Assembly (NCBI GenBank): GCA_000996025.1
Contig: LBYF01000003.1
Coordinates: 1 to 54,464, forward strand
Direction of reading: 5' to 3'
From: Parcubacteria group bacterium GW2011_GWA2_40_14
Lineage (GTDB): Bacteria > Patescibacteriota > Minisyncoccia > Phycocordibacterales > DATDWN01
DNA: 54,464 nt
Shown: positions 44,617 through 53,733 of the stretch, in pieces
Layout of the letters: every line of letters starts with the position of its first letter
Position numbering within the stretch: the first letter of the stretch is position 1
Translations under genes and position numbers: made by a program
Notes under the pieces: generated by a model
The model's database searches: none
Told to the model about the DNA's origin: nothing
What the model saw: only the letters and a program-made list of their open reading frames with translations

Positions 44617-45033
44617 TCAATTGAGGAGTTTTTCCATCAAACCTTTTATTTGATTATATGTTTTTTCCGAAACATCACGTGTGGCAAGTGGTGGATTTTT
44701 CACTTCCCACAATATTACTTTTTTATTGTTGGACAGAAAGTCTGGGATAAATGGTTCTTCTGCCATAGAAACAACAATGCTAGATTCTTCAATCATTTTT
44801 GGTATAAGTTTTTTTGTACGATTGTTTCTTATGTAAATACCTTTTTCTTCCATCAGTTCAAAAAAATCCGGTGTTTGGAAATATTTTTGAATCTCCACTC
44901 CTTCTGGTTCAAGGGTAGAACCAACATATGTACCAGCAGAATGAGCATCAAATGTACCTGTGATTTGATTGTACATCGCAGCAGCCATTTGACTACGGAA
45001 TTGGTTGCTTTTACAAATAAATAATATCTTCAT
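44617..45033 (-). CDS. Low-molecular-weight phosphotyrosine phosphatase/ArsC-family protein
   Basis: ILFICKSNQFRSQMA (CX5R(S/T) P-loop). Confidence 0.8.
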   Translation of the reverse strand: MKILFICKSNQFRSQMAAAMYNQITGTFDAHSAGTYVGSTLEPEGVEIQKYFQTPDFFELMEEKGIYIRNNRTKKLIPKMIEESSIVVSMAEEPFIPDFLSNNKKVILWEVKNPPLATRDVSEKTYNQIKGLMEKLLN

Positions 45034-45052
45034 ATCCGTATATTATCAAAAA

Positions 45053-45081
45053 TAGACTGGCACACAAATTATGCCAGTCTA
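45053..45081 (-). terminator. Rho-independent terminator
   Basis: TAGACTGGCA/TGCCAGTCTA stem. On the minus strand TTTTTG follows. Confidence 0.75.
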
Positions 45082-45089
45082 CCTGAATA

Positions 45090-45656
45090 CTAACTTCTCT
45101 GCAAAATATTCTCCACTAGTGTATCCATATTGGCATCGTTTTCATTACTTATGACAATATGGTTTGGGTCATGAGCAGAAAATGTCTCAAAAATTTCTTC
45201 AAACATCCGATTCATTCGGAGCGCCTCTTCAGTTGACAGGATGTGTCCCTCTCTACTCATTGACTGAAGACGGTCTTTGACCGTGGGATACGGGCAGCGC
45301 ACCTCAACCCACAATACTTCCACACTTTGTTCCGCGCAGAGGCTCTCTAACTGAAATCGGAGTGACTGCAAATGAAATACTTCGTCCATTATGACAGTGG
45401 ACACTCCTTGGTCAAAAAGACCAAAAACATATTCCAACGCCTTTTGATAGTAAGACCATCGTAACTCCGGTGGATCAATTTCCTTTGTCACGAGAGTAGG
45501 GTCAACTTCAGTTTTTTTAAAGTCGTCTAGGTCAACAATTTTGGCGCCGGTTTTTTTACGCACTTCCTTAGAAATGGTTGACTTGCCTACGCCAGGCAAT
45601 CCCGCGAACAATAGGAGTTTTTTCACATACACCTCGTCATCTGGTTTGAACCGCAA
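45090..45656 (-). CDS. P-loop kinase-like ATPase (AAA_33-like)
   Basis: LLLFAGLPGVGKSTISKEV Walker A. TTG start in the track. Confidence 0.6.
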   Translation of the reverse strand: MRFKPDDEVYVKKLLLFAGLPGVGKSTISKEVRKKTGAKIVDLDDFKKTEVDPTLVTKEIDPPELRWSYYQKALEYVFGLFDQGVSTVIMDEVFHLQSLRFQLESLCAEQSVEVLWVEVRCPYPTVKDRLQSMSREGHILSTEEALRMNRMFEEIFETFSAHDPNHIVISNENDANMDTLVENILQRS

Positions 45657-45723
45657 AGAACTAAACCGTTACTGGTCCCTCAAAAAATACTACATCCACA
45701 GCAAAAGAAGTCAAATGCCGATG

Positions 45724-47055
45724 TTATCTTGTTACAAGGAGAAAGCTCGTGTTATTTATTTTGTCATCCTGCAAATTCTCCGCGATTATCTCCAAATCAT
45801 ATAATTCTGAAAGATGCTTTGGTCCAAGGATAGCAGTTGTTTTGGGTAACCTGTCTCTGGCAAGAGCCTGGGCAGCTTTTGCGGTATCAACTAGATTTCC
45901 TTTTCCGCTTTCTAATATAAGGTGAGGAAAATTACGGGAAAGGGTATTTTTGCATTGCTTGAAAACTTGAGAATGAGCCATGATTTTTCTGATTCTATCT
46001 TTAGTAATCTCTTTTCTTTTCATAAGAAAATGTTGGATTGAAATCACAACTTCTTCTACAATAGTGAATTTATAGCGTGACATGGCTTTGATAGATTCAC
46101 TGACAATTCCTCCGATAGAATTATGAGTTGCAAATAAACCATAATCTATACTGCCCTCGTACAAAGCCTTAAGAACATTTTCAGATGTATAGAGATAGGA
46201 TATTTTATAATCATTAAGACCTGTGGTTTTTAGATAATGCAAGATAGCCTGTTCATTGAAACTACCTATACCACCTTGAATGCCAAATGTTTTATAATTC
46301 CACTTATGTATGGGAGCTGGCAGAAGCTTATTGTATAAGCGGTCATATGCTCTACCTAACTGAATACGCATTTTTTTGGTGTACTGGTTATAATTTTGCA
46401 AACTATTGAAAAGTTCCCAGCTATCATTGCAGGTCTGCTCCATTACTTTTTGCAGTTCTTCAGCGCCTCTAGTATCAATGGAAGTTTTAGAAAATTTAAA
46501 TTCAGAAAGTAATCGCCCAATAAAATGAGTTACCCCTTGAGAACGAGCTGCTAATTTATCATGCTCTTTTGATGTTAATTCCACAATATTAAGACCTTTG
46601 GCACTAAAATAATTTTTCCAAAATAGATATGTCTTCCTGTCAGATTTGAACTGGTTCATAACAATCCGCAAATTATTAAAACCCTCCTTACTGCTATCTG
46701 GTCCAAACATTGGGTGGGTTAGTATCGCACCAGTTTTTGTGCCCTTAAGATGTTGTGAAAAAATTTTTTCAGGAAAAGCTTTCACGGACAATGTATCTAT
46801 AAGTGTATGGCTATCTCTAAAATATTTTTTATGTTTTTTTATGACAGCGTCAAATGTAGAAATAGGCACACAATAAAAAATAACCTGACTCTCATAGATA
46901 TTCTTAAGATTAGAACTGATTGTTGTTCTGGTATCAAGTTTGTATTTTTTGAATACCTCTCTATTTTTATCAAAAAGAACAATATCAAAGTGACCCGCCA
47001 AAAGACGGTATAGAGTTTTGCCAAATCTCCCAAAACCTATTATGCCAACTTTCAT
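45724..47055 (-). CDS. Prephenate dehydrogenase fused to a prephenate dehydratase domain (no ACT)
   Basis: N-terminus KVGIIGFGRFGKTL (NAD fold) plus the TyrA dimerisation region. C-terminus FGIQGGIGSFNEQA ... AHSQVFKQC ... NNTSFLLVTR (PDT blocks). Confidence 0.8.
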   Translation of the reverse strand: MKVGIIGFGRFGKTLYRLLAGHFDIVLFDKNREVFKKYKLDTRTTISSNLKNIYESQVIFYCVPISTFDAVIKKHKKYFRDSHTLIDTLSVKAFPEKIFSQHLKGTKTGAILTHPMFGPDSSKEGFNNLRIVMNQFKSDRKTYLFWKNYFSAKGLNIVELTSKEHDKLAARSQGVTHFIGRLLSEFKFSKTSIDTRGAEELQKVMEQTCNDSWELFNSLQNYNQYTKKMRIQLGRAYDRLYNKLLPAPIHKWNYKTFGIQGGIGSFNEQAILHYLKTTGLNDYKISYLYTSENVLKALYEGSIDYGLFATHNSIGGIVSESIKAMSRYKFTIVEEVVISIQHFLMKRKEITKDRIRKIMAHSQVFKQCKNTLSRNFPHLILESGKGNLVDTAKAAQALARDRLPKTTAILGPKHLSELYDLEIIAENLQDDKINNTSFLLVTR

Positions 47056-47262
47056 ACTGATGAATATAACAGTGTGCAATTATTTCCACAATAGGATACA
47101 GTTTCTGATTCAGAACATTTTTTGCAACATATGAAATACTTGTTACATTTATCACATTTCCTTTGCAATAATCACTCGCCTTTTCAATCCAAGTTTAATT
47201 GGACCTTTAATTAATTAATTTTGAAAATTGTGACATTGGTTATTGATTGGAAATTGTAAATT

Positions 47263-47631
47263 CTATTTTAGTCCTTTACAATTACCGCCGGGAATATAAC
47301 CGGCCGCTTTTGCACTTTCAATATCGGCAAAAGGAACTTGGTTTTCCGGCTTGACTCGCTTGATTGTTCCGCACCACGGGAAATAATATTTCTTGGAACT
47401 TTTTACCCCTATAACCTGCCCAGATATTGTCGCTTCAGCAATATCTGCAGAGTTCACAACTGCGCTAGTTTGTGACTGGTTATTATATTTTATTTTTATA
47501 GGAGTATGTTTATCTTCTAAAGCCGAAAGTTGTCCAAGAGCAAAGAAAATACTGGCTATAACCAGAATAAGCAGTAATGTATAAAACGGCTTGATTTTTT
47601 CTAACATTTCCTTTATACTACTCATATTCAC
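47263..47631 (-). CDS. Membrane-anchored protein with a C-terminal Cys-containing small domain
   Basis: TM helix, then KKYYFPWCGTIKRVKPENQVPFADIESAKAAGYIPGGNCKG. Confidence 0.5.
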   Translation of the reverse strand: MNMSSIKEMLEKIKPFYTLLLILVIASIFFALGQLSALEDKHTPIKIKYNNQSQTSAVVNSADIAEATISGQVIGVKSSKKYYFPWCGTIKRVKPENQVPFADIESAKAAGYIPGGNCKGLK

Positions 47632-47650
47632 TATATTTTAACACACATGT

Positions 47651-47830
47651 ATGGCGCATAAAAAGTCAGCTGGAACAACTAAAAACGGTCGCGATTCAAA
47701 TCCAAAATATCTTGGGGTCAAATTAACCGACGGTGACATAGCTCAAGCTGGCTCTGTTTTAATACGCCAGAGAGGTACTATGCATTTTGATAACAGAACT
47801 GTTATAAAGAAAATGGTCAGTATTGTTTAA
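47651..47830 (+). CDS. rpmA: Ribosomal protein L27, unusually short (59 aa)
   Basis: [43 protein letters not shown] matches the L27 N-terminal two thirds. The C-terminal part is shortened ([16 protein letters not shown]). Below the track cutoff. Confidence 0.6.
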   Translation: MAHKKSAGTTKNGRDSNPKYLGVKLTDGDIAQAGSVLIRQRGTMHFDNRTVIKKMVSIV

Positions 47831-47844
47831 AAAGAATACAAAAA

Positions 47845-47878
47845 ATCATTCTGATATTCTGCAGAATATCAGAATGAT
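47845..47878. terminator. Bidirectional terminator (34-nt perfect palindrome)
   Basis: ATCATTCTGATATTCTG/CAGAATATCAGAATGAT flanked by A and T runs, between rpmA and rplI. Confidence 0.85.
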
Positions 47879-47881
47879 TTT

Positions 47882-48325
47882 TTATTGACTTTCAATCAAC
47901 ACTGTAAATTCCGCTTTTTTGCCAAGCGCCTCAATTGTTATTTGATACTCCCCCACTTCCTTTATTGGTTTTGGAAGCTGAATCGATTCAGGGTCAATAT
48001 TGAGCCGAGCTATTTTTAATATTTCTAAAGCAAGCATTTCTTTTGTCACTCCGGCAAACAAATGACCTTTATCATTTGCTTTTTCTTTCAGATTCAAAGT
48101 TATATTTTTAATTGTCTCAAGGTTTTTGGAAAGCAATTCACCTTGTATCTGACGTTCCACCAAATCGTTCTTTTTCATTTGCTCAATCTTTTGTATTCCA
48201 CTAGCTGTAGCTACAGTAGCCAAAGCACGCGGAAAAAGCCAATTTAACGCATAGCCATCAGAGACATCTTTGACATCGTATTTTCTGCCAATTTTTGGAA
48301 CATCTCGGAGTAGTATGATTTGCAT
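47882..48325 (-). CDS. rplI: Ribosomal protein L9
   Basis: MQIILLRDVPKIGRKYDVKDVSDGYALNWLFPRALA. Confidence 0.9.
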   Translation of the reverse strand: MQIILLRDVPKIGRKYDVKDVSDGYALNWLFPRALATVATASGIQKIEQMKKNDLVERQIQGELLSKNLETIKNITLNLKEKANDKGHLFAGVTKEMLALEILKIARLNIDPESIQLPKPIKEVGEYQITIEALGKKAEFTVLIESQ

Positions 48326-48330
48326 AAAAG

Positions 48331-49563
48331 TTATTTATTTAAAATTTCCAAAGCGCGATTCAATTGATTATCATTACCATTTGCAAACTCTTTTTCGTCC
48401 AGTTTGACAACTACATTAGGTGTCAATCCTCCGTTTGAAATAGAAGTACCTTTTGGAGTCAGCCATTTTGCGATGGTTACTTTGACAGAAGTGGTTGGAG
48501 TAATGTTGACTAGCTCTTGTACAGAACCCTTACCAAACGACTGTGTACCAACGAGAGTAGCAATTCCATGTTCATGTAAAGCTCCAGCCAAAATCTCCGA
48601 AGCGCTGGCCGAACCCCCGTCAATTAAGACAACCATTTTCAGAGTATTATTGAAAACATTATAACCCTTGCTACGATAAATCTGCGCATCTTGCTCATCT
48701 CTAAAATCTTCTTTGACTATTACTTTTCCCAGAGGCAGAAACCATGATGCCATATCTATGGCCGCTTCCAAATACCCACCCGGATTGCCACGCAAATCAA
48801 TAATAAGTTTATGCTTGCCGGACTCTACAAATTCTCGCAAAGCATTACGAAAAAGATTTGACGAAATAGCCGAAAAGTTATAAAGCCGGATAATAAAAAC
48901 TTCTCCTTTTATCTCTGTATCAACCGTAGGTATGTTTATAACGTCTCTGGTAACACTGACTTCAAAAGAATTTTTGACACCGGTACGTATAATAGTCAAT
49001 TTAACGGCTGTACCCTTTGGTCCTCTTATAAGTTTGATAGCCTCATCAGTATTAAGGGTGTTGGTTAGAGTATTATCTATTTTTATAATTTTGTCACCTG
49101 CTTTTATACCAGCATTGTACGCCGGTGAACCTTTGATAGGCGAGATGACCGTAAGAATGCTGTCTTTCATGCCAACTTCCATACCAACACCTTCTATACT
49201 TCCCTGTATTTCTTCACTAAAACTTTTTGATTCTGCCGGTGGTAAAAAAACAGTATATGGGTCACCGAGAGACGCAACCATACCGGAGATTGCTCCATAA
49301 ACCCGAGTTTGGTCATCTACTTTGTCTGTTGTGGTGCTGTTTGTTGGAACATATTTTTCATTTATAACATTCCATGTTTTCCAAAATGGAGCAAAATCCA
49401 CTGTGTTTTGCAAAGTGTCCGTTTTGTTTATAATAGATATTACTTTATCTTCCTCTGTAACTCCCGCCCTGCCAGAATAAAAGCCAATAATAAAAACGAC
49501 TCCTACAGCCACAATGTAGAGTGGAAGATACCTAAAACGTTTGGAGAAAAAATTATTATTCAT
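48331..49563 (-). CDS. S41 carboxy-terminal processing peptidase with PDZ domain
   Basis: N-terminal TM, GSPAYNAGIKAGDKIIKID (PDZ), DLRGNPGG and VLIDGGSASASEI. Confidence 0.9.
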   Translation of the reverse strand: MNNNFFSKRFRYLPLYIVAVGVVFIIGFYSGRAGVTEEDKVISIINKTDTLQNTVDFAPFWKTWNVINEKYVPTNSTTTDKVDDQTRVYGAISGMVASLGDPYTVFLPPAESKSFSEEIQGSIEGVGMEVGMKDSILTVISPIKGSPAYNAGIKAGDKIIKIDNTLTNTLNTDEAIKLIRGPKGTAVKLTIIRTGVKNSFEVSVTRDVINIPTVDTEIKGEVFIIRLYNFSAISSNLFRNALREFVESGKHKLIIDLRGNPGGYLEAAIDMASWFLPLGKVIVKEDFRDEQDAQIYRSKGYNVFNNTLKMVVLIDGGSASASEILAGALHEHGIATLVGTQSFGKGSVQELVNITPTTSVKVTIAKWLTPKGTSISNGGLTPNVVVKLDEKEFANGNDNQLNRALEILNK

Positions 49564-49704
49564 TTAAATCAAAGTATCTCAAAAAATTATGTTGTGGTCA
49601 ATAATTTTTTCCTTTTCCCTAATAGCATTGCACCTAGTATAGCATTATTCACTTTGAGACATGCGTCTGTACATATAATTTTTAATTTGATATGATGTAA
49701 ATAT

Positions 49705-49890
49705 ATGAATAATTCAGATACTAAATTAAACTATATTATAGAACAAAAAATCTTAGAGTTTTTCGGCGATCCAGACAGTTTTTCTGTTGTCAGAAAAGAT
49801 TTTATAAAAAAAATGAAAGATAGACTAAATTTAAAAAAACAAAAACTAATTTCTCATAAACAAGTTCTGAAAAAATATGGTCTCAATTAG
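49705..49890 (+). CDS. Small antitoxin-like protein (61 aa)
   Basis: Position and the C-terminal ISHKQVLKKYGL resemble small TA antitoxins. Same frame as the toxin fragment that follows its TAG. Confidence 0.4.
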   Translation: MNNSDTKLNYIIEQKILEFFGDPDSFSVVRKDFIKKMKDRLNLKKQKLISHKQVLKKYGLN

Positions 49891-49998
49891 GTGGACACCG
49901 GAGTCGGTGATTATCGGCTTATCTATAAACATAATAATAAGGAAATGATTATTGTTGCCGTAGGACATAGAAAAGAAATATATAAAAATCTGATATAA
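49891..49998 (+). pseudogene. C-terminal fragment of a RelE/ParE-family toxin
   Basis: VDTGVGDYRLIYKHNNKEMIIVAVGHRKEIYKNLI* is the conserved RelE/ParE C-terminal third (GDYRxIY....V.V..IGHRKE.Y). The N-terminal ~55 codons are absent. Confidence 0.65.
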
Positions 49999-50005
49999 TC
50001 TAGTC

Positions 50006-50815
50006 ATGATAAAGACATATAAACTAAACAGGGAGACATGGGTTGATATTGACAATGGCACTCCGGAGGAAATTAACTCCGTAATGGACAAATACGGCAT
50101 CCACCCTTTTGTAGCAAAAGAGCTCTTCTCTAGCACACCCAAACCGAGAATTGAATTCCATGACCAGTATATTTATTGTATTCTGCACTTTCCTGCTTCT
50201 AAACATACTCACTCAAAAGATAAAAATCAGGAAGTGGATTTTATTATTGGAAAAGACACATTAATAACAGCCAGGTATGACACCATAGACGCCTTGCACA
50301 AACTTGGCAAGGACTTGGAAGTGGAAGAGGTTTTGGATAAAGGCAACCACATATACAATCATTCTCATATTATATTTACCAGATTACTTCGGGGGCTATA
50401 TACTGGAGTGTTTGAAGAATTGGAATATATTGAAGATACAATAGAAAACATTACCTCTAATATATTCAAGAAAAAAGAGCGTGAAATGGTCGTATCTATT
50501 TCCGAAATTACCCGCACACTCCTTGATTTCAAACGAGTAACTGACCTGCACCAAGAGATATTGGAAGCACTGAAAGAGAGAGGGCAAGAGATATTTGGCA
50601 ACGAATTTGCTAATGAAATGGAAGTTATTATTCTAGATTTTCTGAAAATAAACACTACTATCAAATCAAACTTGGAAATGCTTCGTGAACTGCGCGAGAC
50701 GGATTACTCACTCCTTTCCGCCAAGCAAAATGAAAAACTGAGCCAATGGACAATTATAGGTTCCGTACTTCTTATTCTCGGCATCATCGCCACTATTGCC
50801 ACAATATTTTTCTGA
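50006..50815 (+). CDS. CorA-like protein lacking the GMN motif and second TM helix
   Basis: The N-terminal cytoplasmic domain is typical of CorA (TWVDIDNGTPEEINSVMDKYGIHPFVAKEL...). It ends after one TM (WTIIGSVLLILGIIATIATIFF*), 2 nt before the cysS ATG. Confidence 0.55.
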   Translation: MIKTYKLNRETWVDIDNGTPEEINSVMDKYGIHPFVAKELFSSTPKPRIEFHDQYIYCILHFPASKHTHSKDKNQEVDFIIGKDTLITARYDTIDALHKLGKDLEVEEVLDKGNHIYNHSHIIFTRLLRGLYTGVFEELEYIEDTIENITSNIFKKKEREMVVSISEITRTLLDFKRVTDLHQEILEALKERGQEIFGNEFANEMEVIILDFLKINTTIKSNLEMLRELRETDYSLLSAKQNEKLSQWTIIGSVLLILGIIATIATIFF

Positions 50816-50817
50816 TT

Positions 50818-52233
50818 ATGGATATTTTTTTACACAACACACTCTCCGGAAAAAAGGAGAAATTTACGCCGATTGAACCGGGAAAGGTTTCCATGTACAA
50901 CTGCGGGCCGACAGTCTATGACTACGCCCATATCGGCAACTTACGTAGCTATGTCTTTGCTGACGTTTTGCGGAGAATGTTTGAATACAACGACTACAAA
51001 GTTAAACAGATAATAAATATCACTGATATCGGCCACTTGACAAGCGATGGTGATGAAGGTGAAGACAAAATGACAAAAGCCTTGAAAAGAGAGTCTAAAC
51101 CTCTCACTCTAAAAGCAATGCGAGAAGTGGCTGATTTTTATTTTGCAAAATTTAAAAAAGATTTAATCTCCTTGAACATTGAATCACCTGAACAATTCCC
51201 TTTTGCAAGCGACAATATAACAGAAGATATTGCTCTGATAACCAAACTAACAGAAAAAGGTTTCACTTACAGAACATCAGACGGAATTTATTTTGATACA
51301 AGCAAATTTGCTGATTACGGAAAATTGGGAAATATCATGCAAATAAAAGATGGGCAATCACGCATTGGAATAAATCCTGAAAAAAGAAACTCTCGTGACT
51401 TTGCTGTCTGGAAATTCAACGCGGAGCTTGGATATGATACGCCTTTTGGAAAAGGATTCCCTGGCTGGCATATAGAGTGTTCGGCTATGTCAGTCAAATA
51501 CCTTGGGCCTGAATTTGACATTCACACAGGAGGTATTGACCACATCCCAGTTCATCATAACAATGAGATAGCCCAGTCTGTTTGCGCAGGGTATCCATAC
51601 GCACGCTATTGGATGCACAATGCTTTTTTGATTTTAGAATCTGGCAATAAAATGTCAAAATCCAGAGAAAATTTTACTCCTCTAAAAATACTTAAAGAAA
51701 AAGATATTGACCCGCTCGCCTATCGTTATTTACTACTTACTGCCCACTACTCTTCCCCACTCCAGTTTAGTTGGGAAGCGGTAGAAGGAGCACAGGTAGC
51801 GTGGAAGCGTCTCAAAACCTTCATGTCAAAGAGTCCCTTTGACACTGTACAAGGTGGAACCTTGTACAGTTCCCCGATGTCCGACATAGGGGAAGAATAT
51901 AGAAAAAAGTTCTGGATTTATATAAATAATGACTTGGATACACCACAAGCGCTCGCTTTAGTCTGGGAAATTGTAAAAGATGACAAAATTTCAGAAAAAG
52001 ACAAGCGAGATTTGATACTTGATTTTGACAAAGTACTTGGATTGAAACTCGATGAAGGTATGTCAAGGATGCCCCTTGACATACCGGAACACATACAAAA
52101 TCTGATTGCCGAGCGTGATAAGTCCAGAGCAGAAAAAGATTTTGTCAAAAGCGATGAATTGCGAGCAGAAATAGAATCACTCGGTTTTGAGGTAATGGAT
52201 ACGGGAGAAGGCACAAGAGTTGAGAAAAAATAA
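50818..52233 (+). CDS. cysS: Cysteinyl-tRNA synthetase
   Basis: MYNCGPTVYDYAHIGNLRSY (HIGH), GWHIECS, HHNNEIAQS and KMSKS. Start MDIFLHN at 50818. Confidence 0.92.
   Translation: MDIFLHNTLSGKKEKFTPIEPGKVSMYNCGPTVYDYAHIGNLRSYVFADVLRRMFEYNDYKVKQIINITDIGHLTSDGDEGEDKMTKALKRESKPLTLKAMREVADFYFAKFKKDLISLNIESPEQFPFASDNITEDIALITKLTEKGFTYRTSDGIYFDTSKFADYGKLGNIMQIKDGQSRIGINPEKRNSRDFAVWKFNAELGYDTPFGKGFPGWHIECSAMSVKYLGPEFDIHTGGIDHIPVHHNNEIAQSVCAGYPYARYWMHNAFLILESGNKMSKSRENFTPLKILKEKDIDPLAYRYLLLTAHYSSPLQFSWEAVEGAQVAWKRLKTFMSKSPFDTVQGGTLYSSPMSDIGEEYRKKFWIYINNDLDTPQALALVWEIVKDDKISEKDKRDLILDFDKVLGLKLDEGMSRMPLDIPEHIQNLIAERDKSRAEKDFVKSDELRAEIESLGFEVMDTGEGTRVEKK
51824..51869. repeat. Two adjacent hairpins in-frame in cysS (family A copy plus a singleton)
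   Basis: TGTCAAAG-AGTCC-CTTTGACA (51824-51844), then CTGTACAAGG-TGGAA-CCTTGTACAG (51845-51869). Read as MSKSPFDTVQGGTLYS. Confidence 0.9.
52057..52085. repeat. Family A palindrome in-frame in cysS
   Basis: GGTATGTCAAGG-ATGCC-CCTTGACATACC. The 22-nt core ATGTCAAGGATGCCCCTTGACA is identical to uvrB 13806-13827. Confidence 0.9.
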
Positions 52234-52310
52234 ACAAACCATTAGTCCCCACTTTTTCCACTTGTTATGCAGTTTGACACTGAAAAAGGTATGCGTGGTA
52301 GAATACCTTC

Positions 52311-53702
52311 ATGTCACCACAGCAAACTATTATCACTCAAACAGTTCAAAATCGGCTTCGCATACCTCCACAAAACTTGGAAGCGGAAATGGCCCTACTT
52401 GGAAGTATCATGCTTCGGCCGGAAGCTCTGTATGATGTCGTTGATATAATTTCTCTGGATTCTTTTTATTCTGAAAAACACAGAATCATTTTTGAAACAA
52501 TGATGGAACTTTTTACAAAACGTGAACCTATTGATTTGCTTTCCGTTTCTTCTCGGCTTAAAGAAAAAGGTTGGCTGGACCAAATCGGCGGTAACACATA
52601 TCTGACAGAAATAGTAAATGTCGTGCCATCCTCTGCAAACATCGTACATTACGGTAGTATTGTTCAAAAAAAATATATGATGAGACGTCTGATAGAAGCA
52701 TCGGACCATATCTCACAAATCGGCTACGATGAAAATCATGAACTGGAAGAAATGCTGGACTCCGCGGAGAAAAAACTTTTTGATGTAACAAATTTCAATA
52801 CTTCGCATAAATTTGTGCACATCAAGGAAGAACTGGGCGAAGCATGGGACAGATTGGACAGATTGCATACAGACGGCAACGGCATGCGTGGAATTGCTAC
52901 TGGATTTTCAGATATTGACCTCAAACTCTCCGGCCTGCAAAAATCAGACTTGATAATTTTGGCTTCTCGTCCAAGCATGGGTAAGACATCTTTGGCCTTG
53001 GACATTGCTCGCCAAGCCGCGGTAAACCATGGTAAGCATGTGGGTATTTTCTCTCTGGAAATGTCATCTCAACAGCTTGTAGACCGTATGCTGGCGGCAG
53101 AGTCCAACGTGGACGCCTGGAAACTCCGTACAGGCAAACTCTCCCGTCAGGATGATTTCCAGTCCATTCGGGAGTCCTTGGATAAGATGAGCAAAGCCCC
53201 TATTTTCATAGACGATAGCCCGGGTAATAACATCTTACGTATGCGTTCTATTTCCCGCCGTTTGAAAAGCGAAAAAGGACTTGACCTTATCATTGTGGAC
53301 TATCTCCAGCTCATGATTCCACAAACAAAAAACGACAATGTCGTTCAGCAAGTAACAGAAATTTCACATTCGCTTAAAAACCTTGCCCGCGAACTGGACG
53401 TGCCAGTGTTGGCCCTGTCCCAGCTGTCGCGTGCAGTGGAATCCCGCGGAGGTCGTCCTCGCCTCTCTGACCTTCGTGATAGCGGAAGTATTGAGCAGGA
53501 TGCCGATGTGGTCATGTTCATTCATCGCGAGGACAAATATAAAGACGAAACTGAAAAAACAAACATCGCCGAGATTTTGATTGAAAAGCATAGAAATGGC
53601 GAGACTGGTAAAGTTGAACTATTTTTCAATGAAAAAAAAGCCACTTTCCAAAGTATAGATAAACAGCACACAGGAATGGAAAAGGAATTTAGTGACTTTT
53701 AG
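52311..53702 (+). CDS. dnaB: Replicative DNA helicase DnaB
   Basis: PPQNLEAEMALLGSIM, ASRPSMGKTS (Walker A), IVDYLQLM and RDSGSIEQDAD. Confidence 0.95.
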   Translation: MSPQQTIITQTVQNRLRIPPQNLEAEMALLGSIMLRPEALYDVVDIISLDSFYSEKHRIIFETMMELFTKREPIDLLSVSSRLKEKGWLDQIGGNTYLTEIVNVVPSSANIVHYGSIVQKKYMMRRLIEASDHISQIGYDENHELEEMLDSAEKKLFDVTNFNTSHKFVHIKEELGEAWDRLDRLHTDGNGMRGIATGFSDIDLKLSGLQKSDLIILASRPSMGKTSLALDIARQAAVNHGKHVGIFSLEMSSQQLVDRMLAAESNVDAWKLRTGKLSRQDDFQSIRESLDKMSKAPIFIDDSPGNNILRMRSISRRLKSEKGLDLIIVDYLQLMIPQTKNDNVVQQVTEISHSLKNLARELDVPVLALSQLSRAVESRGGRPRLSDLRDSGSIEQDADVVMFIHREDKYKDETEKTNIAEILIEKHRNGETGKVELFFNEKKATFQSIDKQHTGMEKEFSDF

Positions 53703-53733
53703 AAACTTCCACATTTGGACAATCTCATCGCCT

